From a virus, in IMG/VR virus record IMGVR_UViG_3300014806_000004: a stretch of 64,000 nucleotides of DNA, one strand, 5' to 3'. The notes beneath the pieces are model-generated. The model had not been told where the DNA came from, made no database searches, and worked only from the letters and a program-made list of their open reading frames with translations. How positions within the stretch are numbered: position 1 is the stretch's first letter; each line of letters starts with the position of its first letter. The translations under genes and the position numbers were made by a program. Positions 48,593 through 58,724 of the stretch are shown here, one piece after another.

Positions 48593-50338
48593 TTACACCT
48601 CACTCATAAACATAAAATCTGAAAATCTTCTACTTTTACGCTTGCGTTTACTATCTTCTTCCTATTTAATATAATATAATCCATATTCAAGCGCAGAGAA
48701 TTTATCTTTGGGCACAGACTTATTTGCCTGTTTTAAAATAATATTTACACCCTCATTTTCTTCTCGCAAATTTAGCATTTCTTCTCTTAATATAGAAGTT
48801 AAAGTGAATGGTTTTAAATATTCTGCCCGCTCTTCTGGTTTCATGGCTTGACCTTTCTTGGTACCAAGTAATTTATTTCTAGCAACTTTTTCGTCGATTA
48901 AAAATCTTAACTTTCCAGCCCGCAACTATGTCTAAACATTGCTATGGGCTTCGGTATTAATTGGCGCATTTGCCTTAATTTCATAAATAGCATCATATTC
49001 TGTATTATCTGTTCTAAATCGTTTATATTCTCCATCTTCATCATTAGCTACACCAAAATCAGGAAAAACTTCATTGGTATCTGGCACTATTTGTGGTTTA
49101 ACCATATAATCCATCAATCCAGCACCAAGTCCATTACCGTCAATAACAATAATTTTAGCTTTATAATCATAATATAATCTTTTTAGCTTAATTGCCTAAT
49201 CTTCAAAATGTTCATCATCCATAGTATATATATTAACAAGAGACTTAATCGCTGGTCCTTGAGACTGAGGGGTTACTTTAAATACACATACAACAGATTG
49301 ACATTTCTTTCTTCCTACATCAACAGAAAGAACATAATATGCTTGAGCAGAAGAGCGCCCAGAAGATTCATATTCAGGCTAAAGCAATTTTCTACTTCTA
49401 TCAAAAGCATCACCATTAAAGAAGGCATCTTCTACGGTGCCACTCCATTTAGATTCATACTCTCTATCAAATGATGCTTCATTAAATGTACCATCTTGTT
49501 TTAACTCCTATACAAAGTTGCGGGATTGCAATCCCACTAGCACAGGAATTCTCCATGTTCCGCCCATTACAATACTCTTTTCGGGTTCTAGTATCATGCG
49601 CACTAGCAAAGTAATCAACTTATTATATGGGAATGTGTTTTTCCACCCCGCAGTAGTTACATAAATCTAAGATTTATTAAGTGTTTCTTCTTCATGAACA
49701 GATCCGTCTAAACATCTTCTATCAACGTTCATTAGAGGGATTAAAACTTCATTTAAAATATCTCCATCTACACCAACGCACTCCTCAATTAATCCTCCAT
49801 GTCTACGCTTACCACGAGAAGATTCTCTAGCCGCGACGTTGTCAAAATAAGATCCATTTTTGAAGATATACTTACAATAATCTTTTCCTTCCTAAGTCTT
49901 ACCTCTTCGCCAATCAATCTCTCTCTAAAGTGCGGGAATCGCATTACAAATTTCCTAGACTTTTTCTTTTGCAATACCTGCTGCCTATTCTTTTCCGCCA
50001 GAAGTAATGAATAGCTTACATCCAGGATATAATATACATCTACACATAAGTACCATTACTGATAAGAATGACTTAGAATAAGCACGGGGAAATACCATGT
50101 ATACATACTTATATCTCATGGCCGCCCGCAAGAAAATTCTCTAATAAAAATAGAAATTAATTTCTTTTTTTCTTGTTTCATCTCCACCGGTCTACAAAAA
50201 GTCAATAAACATATCTGGATATTCTCTCCAAAAAGCTATATACTATCTTGCTGCTGGAATTATCGCACGAACTCTTTCTTCGGAAAGGCCAATTTTCTTA
50301 TTATTATTTGAAAGGTTTAATAAATCTTTTAATGCCAT
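48593..50338 (-). CDS. terL: Terminase large subunit
   Basis: 581 aa. It has the ATPase motif (...KSqIYVTTAGWKNTF) and a nuclease domain (IIVIDGNGLGAGLMDY...). It joins the ORF fragments 48932..49117 and 48662..48925. About 13 in-frame TAGs. TAA stop. Confidence 0.85.
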
Positions 50339-50341
50339 ATA

Positions 50342-51511
50342 TTAAACCTCCTTTAATATATTATTTAACATTTCCTCATCTTTATCTCTTTCCGACTCTT
50401 TCATATCTTCATACTCTTGATAATCTTCTTCTGTTAATTCTGAATGCTCGTAATTAAATAAATCTTCATCCTCATCGCTATCTTCAACATCAATATTTGC
50501 CTCGCGTTCTCTGTCTTTAACTATTTCTCTTAACGAAGCTTCGATCATATTACCAAGATTCATTTCCTCTGTAACTAGAGTATGAGTATATTGCTGTAAA
50601 TCCTAAAGAGTTCTATCTACTTTATCTTGGGGCCCTTCCGTATAATATCTAGGAATAAAACCCTCTCTTTCGCAAAGGGCTACTAATTCACCTATTGAAT
50701 CTACAAATTCACCGGATTCGCCTTTGTTCTAAGCAGCCGTAAATTTGCCGCTTTTCATTAAACTATCATAGGCTTTTTGCATCTTCTAAAAGCCATCAAT
50801 ATCTCCAGCATCAATTAACTAATTTGCTTTTAAACTAGCTTTACATACCATAATAAGAGTATCTTTATGACCTGCTCCTTGAATATCATAAGAACTCATC
50901 ATATCATTGTAAAGCTGCTCCATTCTTACTCTTTCTTCCCAAGAATATCCGCGGCCCCATTTAAGACGTAATACTAATTTATCTTCTTCGGTTAGCTAAT
51001 CACCAAAATCATCATCTTCCTCTGGATCTTCATATTCTGGAGTTCCTACAGGGGCCTAAACATCCTCTAATTCTTTTGGTTTTGGAGGAGTTCTATCAAT
51101 AGACAACTGCTCTTGAATTTCATCTTCTGTAAATCCTTGAGCCTTCATATTAAGAACTTTTTTATCAATGGAATCTTTCTCTAGCGTTTCTGTATCTGCC
51201 CAAGTGTATTTATTCCATTGCTTTAATTTCATTTTAGATAAATAGCGTCCAATAATAGTTAATCCAGTAACTTTCTTTGGATCTTTTCCATATTTTCCCA
51301 ATAAACCATTCCATTCTTCTTTAATATATGGAACGTCAATCTCCTATAAAATCCATTTATAAGTTTCTGGATCCCAGTTATCTACGTGCATAGTAAGACA
51401 CTTTTTACAAATATCCATCTTTCCATCTGGAGGATACTTCTCTAAATTTTTTGATGTATAAAACTATGTATCATCCATAGTTTTACCACATTTTTTACAA
51501 TAATGGCTCAT
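50342..51511 (-). CDS. Putative small terminase / DNA-packaging protein with an N-terminal zinc ribbon and acidic C-terminus
   Basis: 389 aa immediately upstream of terL. It has CKKCG...DICKKC and the ORF fragments 51056..51301 and 50342..50563 in one frame. Seven in-frame TAGs. Confidence 0.35.
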
Positions 51512-51517
51512 TTATAA

Positions 51518-52564
51518 TCAACCTCTTTTCTTATTGCGACAGCGCTTACAGATACTATACAAATTATCCTTACTTGTCTTATTCTTTGAAAAGAATTGAT
51601 TATGGGCTGGCTTTAATTGCCCACACTTAGAACATTTTTTCATTGGGTATCCTTTTTGTTTATACTACCAACGTAAAAAATCTTCTAAAGCCTCTTCCGC
51701 AATGAGTTTAGGAATCTTATTTCTCCATAGGCTAGAAATATATTCAACGCTATATGTTTTACCAAACTCATTTTTTAATATTTCCTATATTTCGTTATTC
51801 TACTTTTTATCAATTTTGAGTTCAACAATTCGTAAATAGATTGGAAAGTCTTTGAGAGCTTTATCACATATTTCTTCAAATGATTGAATTAAATACCATG
51901 TATCTCCCTCAAACTAATCATAACTATCCTCTTTTAATTTTGAATAATTGCATAAAATAGCAGAAACAACATTGGCGTCCATTAGCGAAATACCCTTTAC
52001 CACTACCTCCTGTCCATTAAGATAACTCTAATCATCAAGAGGAATATGAGTTCTTACGGATCTCGTTAATTTACATGGTATAATAGGTTTCTAATATGCT
52101 TGCTTAATGATATACTAATCTTTTCGCATCTCTATTAATGCTTTTTTCATCATATATGCCTATTTTGTCCCAGCAGCGCGTTTTAAAGCGCCCTCCCAGA
52201 CATTAATGGTTTCTCTCAACTATTTTAAACATGGTATAGTATCTAAATCTTTCTGTGTAATAGAAATCTTTGGCTAAAATATAACATTTTTATTTTCTGA
52301 CATTAAACCATAAATGCCATCCTCGCCATTTTCCATCTATGACACAAGCCCTTCGAAAGAACATTCTCTTTTATTAACAGTAGCCATTCTATTATCTGTT
52401 AATATATTCTTTTCTTTCTTCTCTTGCTTTTCCATACATAGAACTAAATAATCTGCTAATATTTCTAAATAACTCGGAGTAAGATCCGGATTTTCTTCGA
52501 TTATTTTTTCGACAAGCGCTTTTCGCTCTTCTGGAGACTCAATAGTATAATCTAATTTTATCAT
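51518..52564 (-). CDS. Hypothetical first gene of the late operon (C-terminal zinc ribbon)
   Basis: ATG 52564 after AAAGGAGATGACAG. 348 aa with about 14 TAGs. The C-terminus reads CSKCGQLKPAHNQFF...YSICKRCRNKKRG. TGA stop. Confidence 0.35.
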
Positions 52565-52686
52565 ACTGTCATCTCCTTTTATACTCATATAATAACAAAA
52601 AAATACTAGATTGTCAAATCTTATTTGATTAATTAAAATTATAATGCTATAATATAAATAGAAAATAGTAGGAGGAATATAAAGAA

Positions 52687-53028
52687 ATGTTCTTCGATGA
52701 ACCTTACAATGCACTACCAAAAAACGCATAGTATTATTTTAATATTTTAATTGTATGTATCGCTGTATCTCCATAGTATGCCCAAGAGACATTTCAATAG
52801 AACATTATTAATATGTGGGATATATAGGGAATTACAGACGGGAGACCTTATGCTGTCCATATTTATACAACACATCATATAAATAAAGATTTTTAGTACG
52901 AATTATAGTGCTTACCTCATTAGGTGTTAGAAGTAGACAGCGAATAGGGTATATCTTTTTATGATATGATAGATTATTATACTGATGATCCATGGAGGCT
53001 AGAACCAGAGAATGACGAAATAGATTAA
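52687..53028 (+). CDS. TAG-dense small ORF (113 codons, 9 of them TAG) overlapping the folD start
   Basis: A strong RBS TAGGAGGAA lies 7 nt before ATG 52687. The frame stays open to TAA 53026 only if TAG is sense. Whether it is a real gene is uncertain. Confidence 0.3.
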
Positions 53029-53800
53029 TATAAAAGAGTATTTTAAACAAGAGATAGAGAAATTGCTGGTTGATAGATCTGCAATTCCTTCTCTCATGAT
53101 TATCGACGCGACGGCCTAGGATCCCGCAAATCAAATTTATATTCGTAATAAAATAAAAGACTTTAATGCTCTTGGTTGGAAAGCAGAAGTATTTAGAGCT
53201 AATAGTTCAGTAGAATTAAAGTTATTTTTAGACCATGCGAAAGATTGGGATGCTGTAATAGTCCAAATGCCAATAGCAGACGGGATTGATTTCAATTATA
53301 ATCAAATACCTGTTTCTAAAGATGCAGATGGATTAAATCCAATGAGTAATATTACTCCAGCAACAGTAAGAGGAATTATAGATTATTTGGATAAATGTGG
53401 CTTTAACTACGAAGGTAAATCTGCTGTTGTTTTGGGAAGAAGCGATATTGTAGGAAAGCCAATGGCTAAAGCTCTTCTAGATAGAAATATGACCGTATCA
53501 ATGTGTCACAGTAAAACAGATATAAACACAAAACTCTATTTAACAAGACAAGCGGATTTAATTATCTCTGCGGTAGGAAAATTTAGCTTAACAAGAGAAG
53601 CCTGTCCTAATGCTATTGTTATAGATGTTGGTATTCGTAGAAATGAAGCAGGAATTATTCTTGGAGACTTTGTAGAAATTGATGAAATTGCAAGTAAAAA
53701 TAAGGTATGGTCAACTCCTGTCCCCGGAGGAGTAGGTCTATTAACAAGATTGGGGTTGATGAAAAATTGTTTATAGTTAGCGAAACAGGCACAAAGATAA
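53012..53800 (+). CDS. folD: Bifunctional methylene-THF dehydrogenase/cyclohydrolase
   Basis: It has DATA-TAG-DPANQIYIRNK (compare E. coli VGSNPASQIYVASK), DAVIVQMPIADG, KDADGLNP, GRSDIVGKPMAKALL and TPVPGGVGLLT. Two internal TAGs, plus an apparent TAG stop at 53774 followed 8 codons later by a TAATG overlap with the next gene. Confidence 0.75.
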
Positions 53801-54147
53801 TGAAATTTTCGGAAGATTTTGACAAATATGCTAAAGATATATTGCATATTCAAAACCCCTTTAAAAAATGGTTTAGAAGGTTGGATGAGGCCATCTCTAT
53901 TAGTGATGGAACTATAACTGTGGATGTAGACACCTCAAATCAAATAGATAGAGAAACAAAAGTAAACAGAGAAGAATGGATTAAGTTAAGAGATAGGTAT
54001 GTCGCAGAGAGAATACTGCGGGAACTTGGGTATGAAGTTCTATTAACCTCGTCTTATTTCGAATACTATCCTGATGCTATTCCTTGTGAAGGGGCTTCAG
54101 GGCAATGTACAATAGACTGTAGAATGAATGGATGTAAATATGAGTAA
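53800..54147 (+). CDS. Hypothetical protein with a Cys-rich C-terminus
   Basis: The ATG overlaps the TAA of the read-through folD. Confidence 0.4.
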   Translation: MKFSEDFDKYAKDILHIQNPFKKWFRRLDEAISISDGTITVDVDTSNQIDRETKVNREEWIKLRDRYVAERILRELGYEVLLTSSYFEYYPDAIPCEGASGQCTIDCRMNGCKYE

Positions 54148-54148
54148 A

Positions 54149-54328
54149 ATGTGTCCTTGCATTGATTATTGTTATAATAGATTCGGTCGGTAGTACACAC
54201 CAGACTGCGACAATACTTGCGATTATGCAATTAAAGTTAAAGAAAATAAAATGCTTAAAGAATATTTAAAGAGATTAGCGGCGGAAACAAATAGTTTACA
54301 CACTTTATTTGAAGATTGGGATAATTAA
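54149..54328 (+). CDS. Small Cys-rich protein (one TAG)
   Basis: MCPCIDYCYNRFGR-TAG-YTPDCDNTCDYAIK... Confidence 0.3.
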
Positions 54329-54372
54329 ATTATCCACTTCTGCCCAACCGCACGGAAGAAAGGAAACTGCAA

Positions 54373-55230
54373 ATGAAACGAGAAGAGCTCAAACAACACG
54401 CGCAATCGCATTACGCAGACATTAAAGTGAGACTCAAGGAAGATACAGATCGCGCAATTATAAACTCTGAAATTTTTGGCCCCAATCTTCCTTTTCCGCT
54501 AAAACCGCAAGAAACCTACCATAATACCTTTTATCTTAAAGACCAAGATAGCGTATCCTGTCTATTTGGTTTAACCGATCGGAGCAAGACCGCAATCTTA
54601 AATTATGCAAGCTATAAACATCCAGGTGGTTACTTCCTTGGAGGCAGCTCTGCACAAGAAGAGGCATTGTGTCACGAAAGCAACCTTTATCCTATTCTTC
54701 TTGCTTTTGATGATACTTATTACGCATGGAATAGACAGAGACTAAATCGAGCCCTATATCTTGATAGAGCTATCTATACTCCTGATGTAGTATTTGAAAA
54801 AGACAATGGTAGAAAATTAGCTGATGTAATTACTTGTGCTTCTCCTAATTATAGAACAGCACATACTTATCAGCAAGTTCCTCTTTCTCTAAACAATAGG
54901 ATAATGGAAGAGAGAATTAATTTTATGTATCGGATTGCCGAGGCTAAGGGAGTGGAAAATTTAATCGCGGGAGCCTGGGGCTGTGGTGTTTTTATGCAAG
55001 ATCCATCAACGGTCGCCACCTTGCTCGTAAGCGCAGCCCGCAATTATAATATTCCAAATATTTATTTTGCAATTCCCGCAATTTTAGAATTTTCTTGGAG
55101 GTTTTGGAAAAATGTTCAAGCAATTAATTATCGCAAGACGAGATTTAAATATGTCTCCAGGGAAACTTGCCGCACAAGTTTCCCATGCTTCTATTGCTTT
55201 TCTTTTGGAAAAGTTATATTGGGGAAGTAA
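54373..55230 (+). CDS. Macrodomain protein of the bacterial PARG-like (DUF2263/TIGR02452) type
   Basis: NYASYKHPGGYFLGGSSAQEEALCHESNLY fits the PARG signature GGG-x6-8-QEE. GAWGCGVFMQDPSTVA is also present. The 3' 119 nt overlap the next gene in another frame. Confidence 0.5.
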   Translation: MKREELKQHAQSHYADIKVRLKEDTDRAIINSEIFGPNLPFPLKPQETYHNTFYLKDQDSVSCLFGLTDRSKTAILNYASYKHPGGYFLGGSSAQEEALCHESNLYPILLAFDDTYYAWNRQRLNRALYLDRAIYTPDVVFEKDNGRKLADVITCASPNYRTAHTYQQVPLSLNNRIMEERINFMYRIAEAKGVENLIAGAWGCGVFMQDPSTVATLLVSAARNYNIPNIYFAIPAILEFSWRFWKNVQAINYRKTRFKYVSRETCRTSFPCFYCFSFGKVILGK

Positions 55231-55549
55231 AGAAGTTGTTAAAGAAAGAGACGGTCTTATGTATCATATAGGAATAAGCCTCGATAGAGACTTATTCCAT
55301 AACTGGATAGCGGAAGCGGAGACCAAAGTAGTTTGTAGAGCGAAGAATAAGAATGATTTGCTAAAAGCTGTTGCAATGGCTAAAGAATTAGGATGGGAAG
55401 AGAATAAAGACTACTGGCTTATTTATGATGCTTGTAGGACGGAGTTAGAGCGTGAAGGCCCGGAAGGGACTTTGACGTGTATTGGATTTAGGCCAATGGA
55501 GGCGGAAGAAATTGATAAAATTGGGAAGAAGTATCAGCTTTATAATTAA
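55112..55549 (+). CDS. pth2: Peptidyl-tRNA hydrolase, PTH2 family
   Basis: It has LIIARRDLNMSPGKLAAQVSHASIAF (Pth2 catalytic region), ...KVVCRAKN..LL.AVAMAKELG and LIYDACRTELE..GTLTCIGFRP. Confidence 0.6.
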   Translation: MFKQLIIARRDLNMSPGKLAAQVSHASIAFLLEKLYWGSKEVVKERDGLMYHIGISLDRDLFHNWIAEAETKVVCRAKNKNDLLKAVAMAKELGWEENKDYWLIYDACRTELEREGPEGTLTCIGFRPMEAEEIDKIGKKYQLYN

Positions 55550-55712
55550 CATAATATTAATCGTATTGTTGTTAACTGCTTGCGGAAAGGAGAACGATCG
55601 TTATCCAAGGCTAGAGTATATTCCTACAATGTGGAGATCTGATGCGACTAATATTAAACTAGAGGATGGATATAATTTGATTTTTAATTTTGAAGCAACC
55701 GACGATGGATAA
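55512..55712 (+). CDS. Putative small lipoprotein
   Basis: Signal peptide with lipobox LLLTAC|GK. The start codon is uncertain (in-frame TTG candidates at 55482, 55512 and 55521). It overlaps the pth2 3' end. Confidence 0.3.
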   Translation: MIKLGRSISFIINIILIVLLLTACGKENDRYPRLEYIPTMWRSDATNIKLEDGYNLIFNFEATDDG

Positions 55713-55727
55713 GATGCGGAGAGAAGA

Positions 55728-55752
55728 AGTGAGTTCTTCTCTCTTTTTCGTT
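55728..55752 (+). terminator. Rho-independent terminator
   Basis: ggagagaagaaGTGAGttcttctctc followed by TTTTT. Confidence 0.55.
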
Positions 55753-55955
55753 ATTGAGATTGAAAAGTCGATTTAGATTTTGAAATGGCGTGGCAGAACG
55801 ATTTTACAAAAAAATTTCCAGTTTTTCCCAAAATACACGCCCCTCTTTCACATGGTAAAGTATTGAAGTGTAGTTGGCCTCTTTCACTCGTTAAAGTACG
55901 AAAGCAAGAAAGCACGCCCCTAAAGGAATACGCGCGCGTAAAGGGTTTATGCAAA

Positions 55956-55986
55956 CTGCACAACAAGATGTTATTTATTTTGTGCA
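55956..55986. promoter_or_regulatory. Palindromic operator pair TGCACAA-N16-TTGTGCAA
   Basis: The same inverted pair recurs at 59088-59119, 62216-62247, 63827-63857 and 63863-63903, with degenerate copies at 57655-57686 and 61059-61091. Confidence 0.5.
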
Positions 55987-56113
55987 AAAGAGAGAGAAAG
56001 AAATTTCAAAAAAACTATTGACAAGTGAGCATTTTGGTGGTAAACTGGACTTGTCCAGTAGGACAGAGACAAAAGCACGGCACTTTGAAAATTAAAAAAT
56101 TTCAAAAAAGGTA

Positions 56114-56142
56114 TTGACAAACTGCTAAAGGTTTGATACAAT
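56114..56142 (+). promoter_or_regulatory. Sigma-70-type promoter (TTGACA-17-TGaTACAAT). A second similar promoter lies at 56019, each preceded by an A-tract
   Basis: aaatttcaaaaaaggtaTTGACAaactgctaaaggtttgaTACAAT. The upstream copy is aaatttcaaaaaaactaTTGACAagtg. Confidence 0.5.
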
Positions 56143-56195
56143 ACAGACAGAACAAAAGAGAACCACATCACAAAAAGAAAGGGAGTCAAAAGAGT

Positions 56196-56570
56196 ATGAA
56201 AAAGATTGATTTTACCAATGAAGATCGAGCCATTATTATGGAGTATATGGCGGCTAAGATGGCTAAGTCTGCGGCGGAGGCGGCGGAGAAAGCAGCTAAG
56301 GCTAAGGCTAAAAAGCTATTCTCCAGATTAGGTAAGGCTTTTAAGGCTACGGACAAAACAAGTTATCTATATGGCACGGTACAAATGCAGGGTAAGGCGA
56401 AAGCGGTGGTATATAAAGAAACTACCGCAAAAGGAACGGTTGACTGGAAAGCCTATGCTATGGCATTAGGCGGGACAAAGGCCGAAGCAGAGCAATTCCG
56501 CAGACCTTCCGATGTTCGTACCTCTTTTGATTGGGCGACAAAGACCCAAGAAGAAGAAATTAGAGGATAA
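56196..56570 (+). CDS. Hypothetical basic Ala/Lys-rich protein
   Basis: RBS AAGGGAG, ATG 56196. It lies downstream of the tandem promoters. Confidence 0.4.
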   Translation: MKKIDFTNEDRAIIMEYMAAKMAKSAAEAAEKAAKAKAKKLFSRLGKAFKATDKTSYLYGTVQMQGKAKAVVYKETTAKGTVDWKAYAMALGGTKAEAEQFRRPSDVRTSFDWATKTQEEEIRG

Positions 56571-56574
56571 CAGT

Positions 56575-56610
56575 TTATAAACCCTGCCTTGCAAAACACA
56601 AGGCAAGGCA
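56575..56610 (+). terminator. Rho-independent terminator
   Basis: aaccctgccttgcAAAACACAAggcaaggcagggtt. Confidence 0.6.
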
Positions 56611-56644
56611 GGGTTATAATAATTAAAAGAAAGGGGCATACTAT

Positions 56645-56791
56645 ATGTATCAGTTACAAGTTTTAGCCAATGAGAAAATGCGCTATTATGAACCATTCAC
56701 CCTTTCAATGGCAAGATGGAAAGCCAGTCACGAGATAGTCAATCCTAATCATTGGATTGTGGATTTATCCAGTGGAGAAATCGTAGATTAA
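56645..56791 (+). CDS. Hypothetical small protein (48 aa)
   Basis: RBS AAAGGGG precedes ATG 56645. Confidence 0.3.
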   Translation: MYQLQVLANEKMRYYEPFTLSMARWKASHEIVNPNHWIVDLSSGEIVD

Positions 56792-56837
56792 AAAGAAGCT
56801 GACCTAACGGCTATACGGGGAGAAAGGATAAAAGACT

Positions 56838-57140
56838 ATGAACAATTATATTAAGTGGTTCGTTGGGCCTACTTTTAGAAAGCGTGAATTTATTAAACTT
56901 TTGCGGTATAAGATGAATGTGCGTTCCGCAGAGGTAGAGGACGGCATCATCTTAGACCTGGATGCTTTTAATGCCATGCGAGTGGCCTATATGCCACACT
57001 GGGCTTATATCAATAGAAAGTTTATCAATAGTAATCTGCATACCAGAATTGCAAGCGAAGACGAATATAAGGTTGCTATGATCGGAGATACAATCGGCAC
57101 TGAATGGGTTAAAGAACAGGAGGCAAAGAAATGGAAATGA
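56838..57140 (+). CDS. Hypothetical protein
   Basis: Intact ORF with RBS AAAGGATAAAAG. Confidence 0.4.
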   Translation: MNNYIKWFVGPTFRKREFIKLLRYKMNVRSAEVEDGIILDLDAFNAMRVAYMPHWAYINRKFINSNLHTRIASEDEYKVAMIGDTIGTEWVKEQEAKKWK

Positions 57141-57283
57141 GAATTATTAAGCGGATAGGAGGCGGCATTTGTGCCGCTCTCCTACTCTGGACAGTTCTTA
57201 GTTGGGCTGATATAGTGGCGGATAACTGTGAGCCAAACCCACAGCACAGCGAATATAATATGTTCGTTCTCATGACTAAATAA
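57137..57283 (+). CDS. Small membrane protein (48 aa)
   Basis: ATGA overlap with the upstream stop, plus a hydrophobic helix GGGICAALLLWTVLSW. Confidence 0.3.
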   Translation: MRIIKRIGGGICAALLLWTVLSWADIVADNCEPNPQHSEYNMFVLMTK

Positions 57284-57296
57284 TAGGAGAAAAAAA

Positions 57297-57530
57297 ATGT
57301 ATAGAGGGACTTATATCGACGCCATGGGCCGCAAGCGCAGAGAGATGGGATATTTCAGTCTTAATAAGCCCACTCTGAATAAACTCCATATACCAGTAAT
57401 TGTCCAAGCGAGAGATAAGACAAGTGCGGCGAATAAAATCAATAGGAAATATAAGTTGCGTATAAGTCCCAGCAATCTGCGGGAGGTGCCGATGGGCACG
57501 GGCTATCTCATGGAAACCATGGAGCTGTAA
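57297..57530 (+). CDS. Hypothetical protein
   Basis: RBS GGAG precedes the ORF, which is followed by the terminator at 57545-57576. Confidence 0.4.
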   Translation: MYRGTYIDAMGRKRREMGYFSLNKPTLNKLHIPVIVQARDKTSAANKINRKYKLRISPSNLREVPMGTGYLMETMEL

Positions 57531-57544
57531 AGGAATAATACTTG

Positions 57545-57576
57545 ACTGGCAATCTGCACAAAGATTGCCAGTCATT
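57545..57576 (+). terminator. Rho-independent terminator
   Basis: tgactggcaatcTGCACAAAGgattgccagtca followed by TTTTT. Confidence 0.55.
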
Positions 57577-57798
57577 TTTATGCACTTTTCCATATTGACT
57601 TTTCGCCGGGCCGCCAGCGTGCGCCGCGGCCCGAATTTTTATTTATTCGGCAATTTCAACAATTATATGACCGAAAGTCTGTGCAATTCGACGAAAGTTT
57701 TTCTCCCGAAATTACTTGACATTCCTCTTGTCATGTGTTATTATATACTTGTCCAGAGGGGCAAGGTCACAAAAAGAATTTGAAAGGAAGTAAAAGAA

Positions 57799-58038
57799 AT
57801 GACTTTGAAAATGATTGCAGGTCTGCTTTCTCCGCTCGCAGAAGATACCATGTTCTTTGACGGGAAAGGGGTCGAAATTATCAATGAGAATACCCAAGCT
57901 CATTACCATGAGCTACCTGATCACAAGATAACCCTGGGAGGAGACGTCATTGAGGCGTCTAAGGAATGGGTGCTGGGACTTCCGGTAACTGGTATTCAAG
58001 CAAGAGGCAACAATCTAATCATTTATGTAGATGGTTAA
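57799..58038 (+). CDS. Hypothetical protein
   Basis: Promoter TTGACA(57715)-17-TATTAT lies upstream. The ORF is followed by the hairpin gggagtggaggCCACAAAcctccactccc (58047-58078). Confidence 0.4.
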   Translation: MTLKMIAGLLSPLAEDTMFFDGKGVEIINENTQAHYHELPDHKITLGGDVIEASKEWVLGLPVTGIQARGNNLIIYVDG

Positions 58039-58100
58039 GAAAACTTGCGGGAGTGGAGGCCACAAACCTCCACTCCCCATGATAAAAAGGAGGAATAAAT

Positions 58101-58316
58101 ATGATTGCTGTTATTAAATTTGAAAGTGTAGAAAAATCTGCGGAGTTTGGAGACACAATTTGTAATATGGCTGGTTGGTGTTTGAATCATCCTCTTAATT
58201 CCAATGTTACCGGCTGTGTTCGTACTCTTGATTTTAATACCGGCGATAAACAAGATAGAGCCTTATATAATTATCTGCTAAAAATTGGAGCTTTCGAGGA
58301 GGTGGAACTAAAGTGA
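58101..58316 (+). CDS. Hypothetical protein
   Basis: RBS AAAGGAGG precedes ATG 58101. Confidence 0.4.
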   Translation: MIAVIKFESVEKSAEFGDTICNMAGWCLNHPLNSNVTGCVRTLDFNTGDKQDRALYNYLLKIGAFEEVELK

Positions 58317-58724
58317 GTATTGAGCGTTTACCGCATACATATCCTATCGGTTCCACTGTTTGGACAAATAAGGGATATGGCACAGTTCTACTTCACATTG
58401 GTAAATACCATCTGGTTTGGTTACAGAGATTAGGGCTGGCGTAATGCCGGCCCTATTGATTTTTTCAAAAAAATATATTATAATAATTATAGAAAAATAA
58501 AGAAAGGAGTTTTTCTAATGACCTTAGAAGTGCTGTGAAAGCACTCGCGGTTATTTTGGAGTTCTGTTTGAACTAGGATTCTTGTAAAAATTGTCCTATG
58601 TCTCAGTTCTGCCAGAAAATGCCTTGCGAGTGGTAAATGTTCCTTCCGATTGTTCTAAATCGGCGATTCCCGTGATGGAGTCGTTTTTCGCACGAGCCTA
58701 GGTCACTAGAATTTATTTATCAAA

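Noticed and set aside
14229-52564. The minus strand looks non-coding or pseudogenised, because there are no long ORFs across ~38 kb.
   Set aside because: All interruptions checked are TAG, and the TAG-read-through products are full-length terminase, portal, TMP and other proteins. The region is densely coding under a TAG-reassigned code.
52832-53134. Minus-strand ORF 52832..53134 in the late/early divergent region.
   Set aside because: It has no RBS, overlaps the folD start on the other strand, and its composition is typical of AT-rich intergenic DNA.
53536-53853. Minus-strand ORF 53536..53853.
   Set aside because: It is antisense to the well-supported folD C-terminus.
54373-55549. A single PARG-Pth2 fusion protein made by programmed +1 frameshifting.
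   Set aside because: It is possible but unsupported. No slippery heptamer is obvious in the 55112-55230 overlap. I kept the two as separate overlapping genes and flagged the overlap for read-level checking.
58500-58720. Possible tRNA (a suppressor) in the structured leader.
   Set aside because: I found no cloverleaf, and no T-arm GTTCRANYC or acceptor/CCA pairing. The hairpins do not fit tRNA geometry. No tRNA-like sequence was found in any other intergenic region either.
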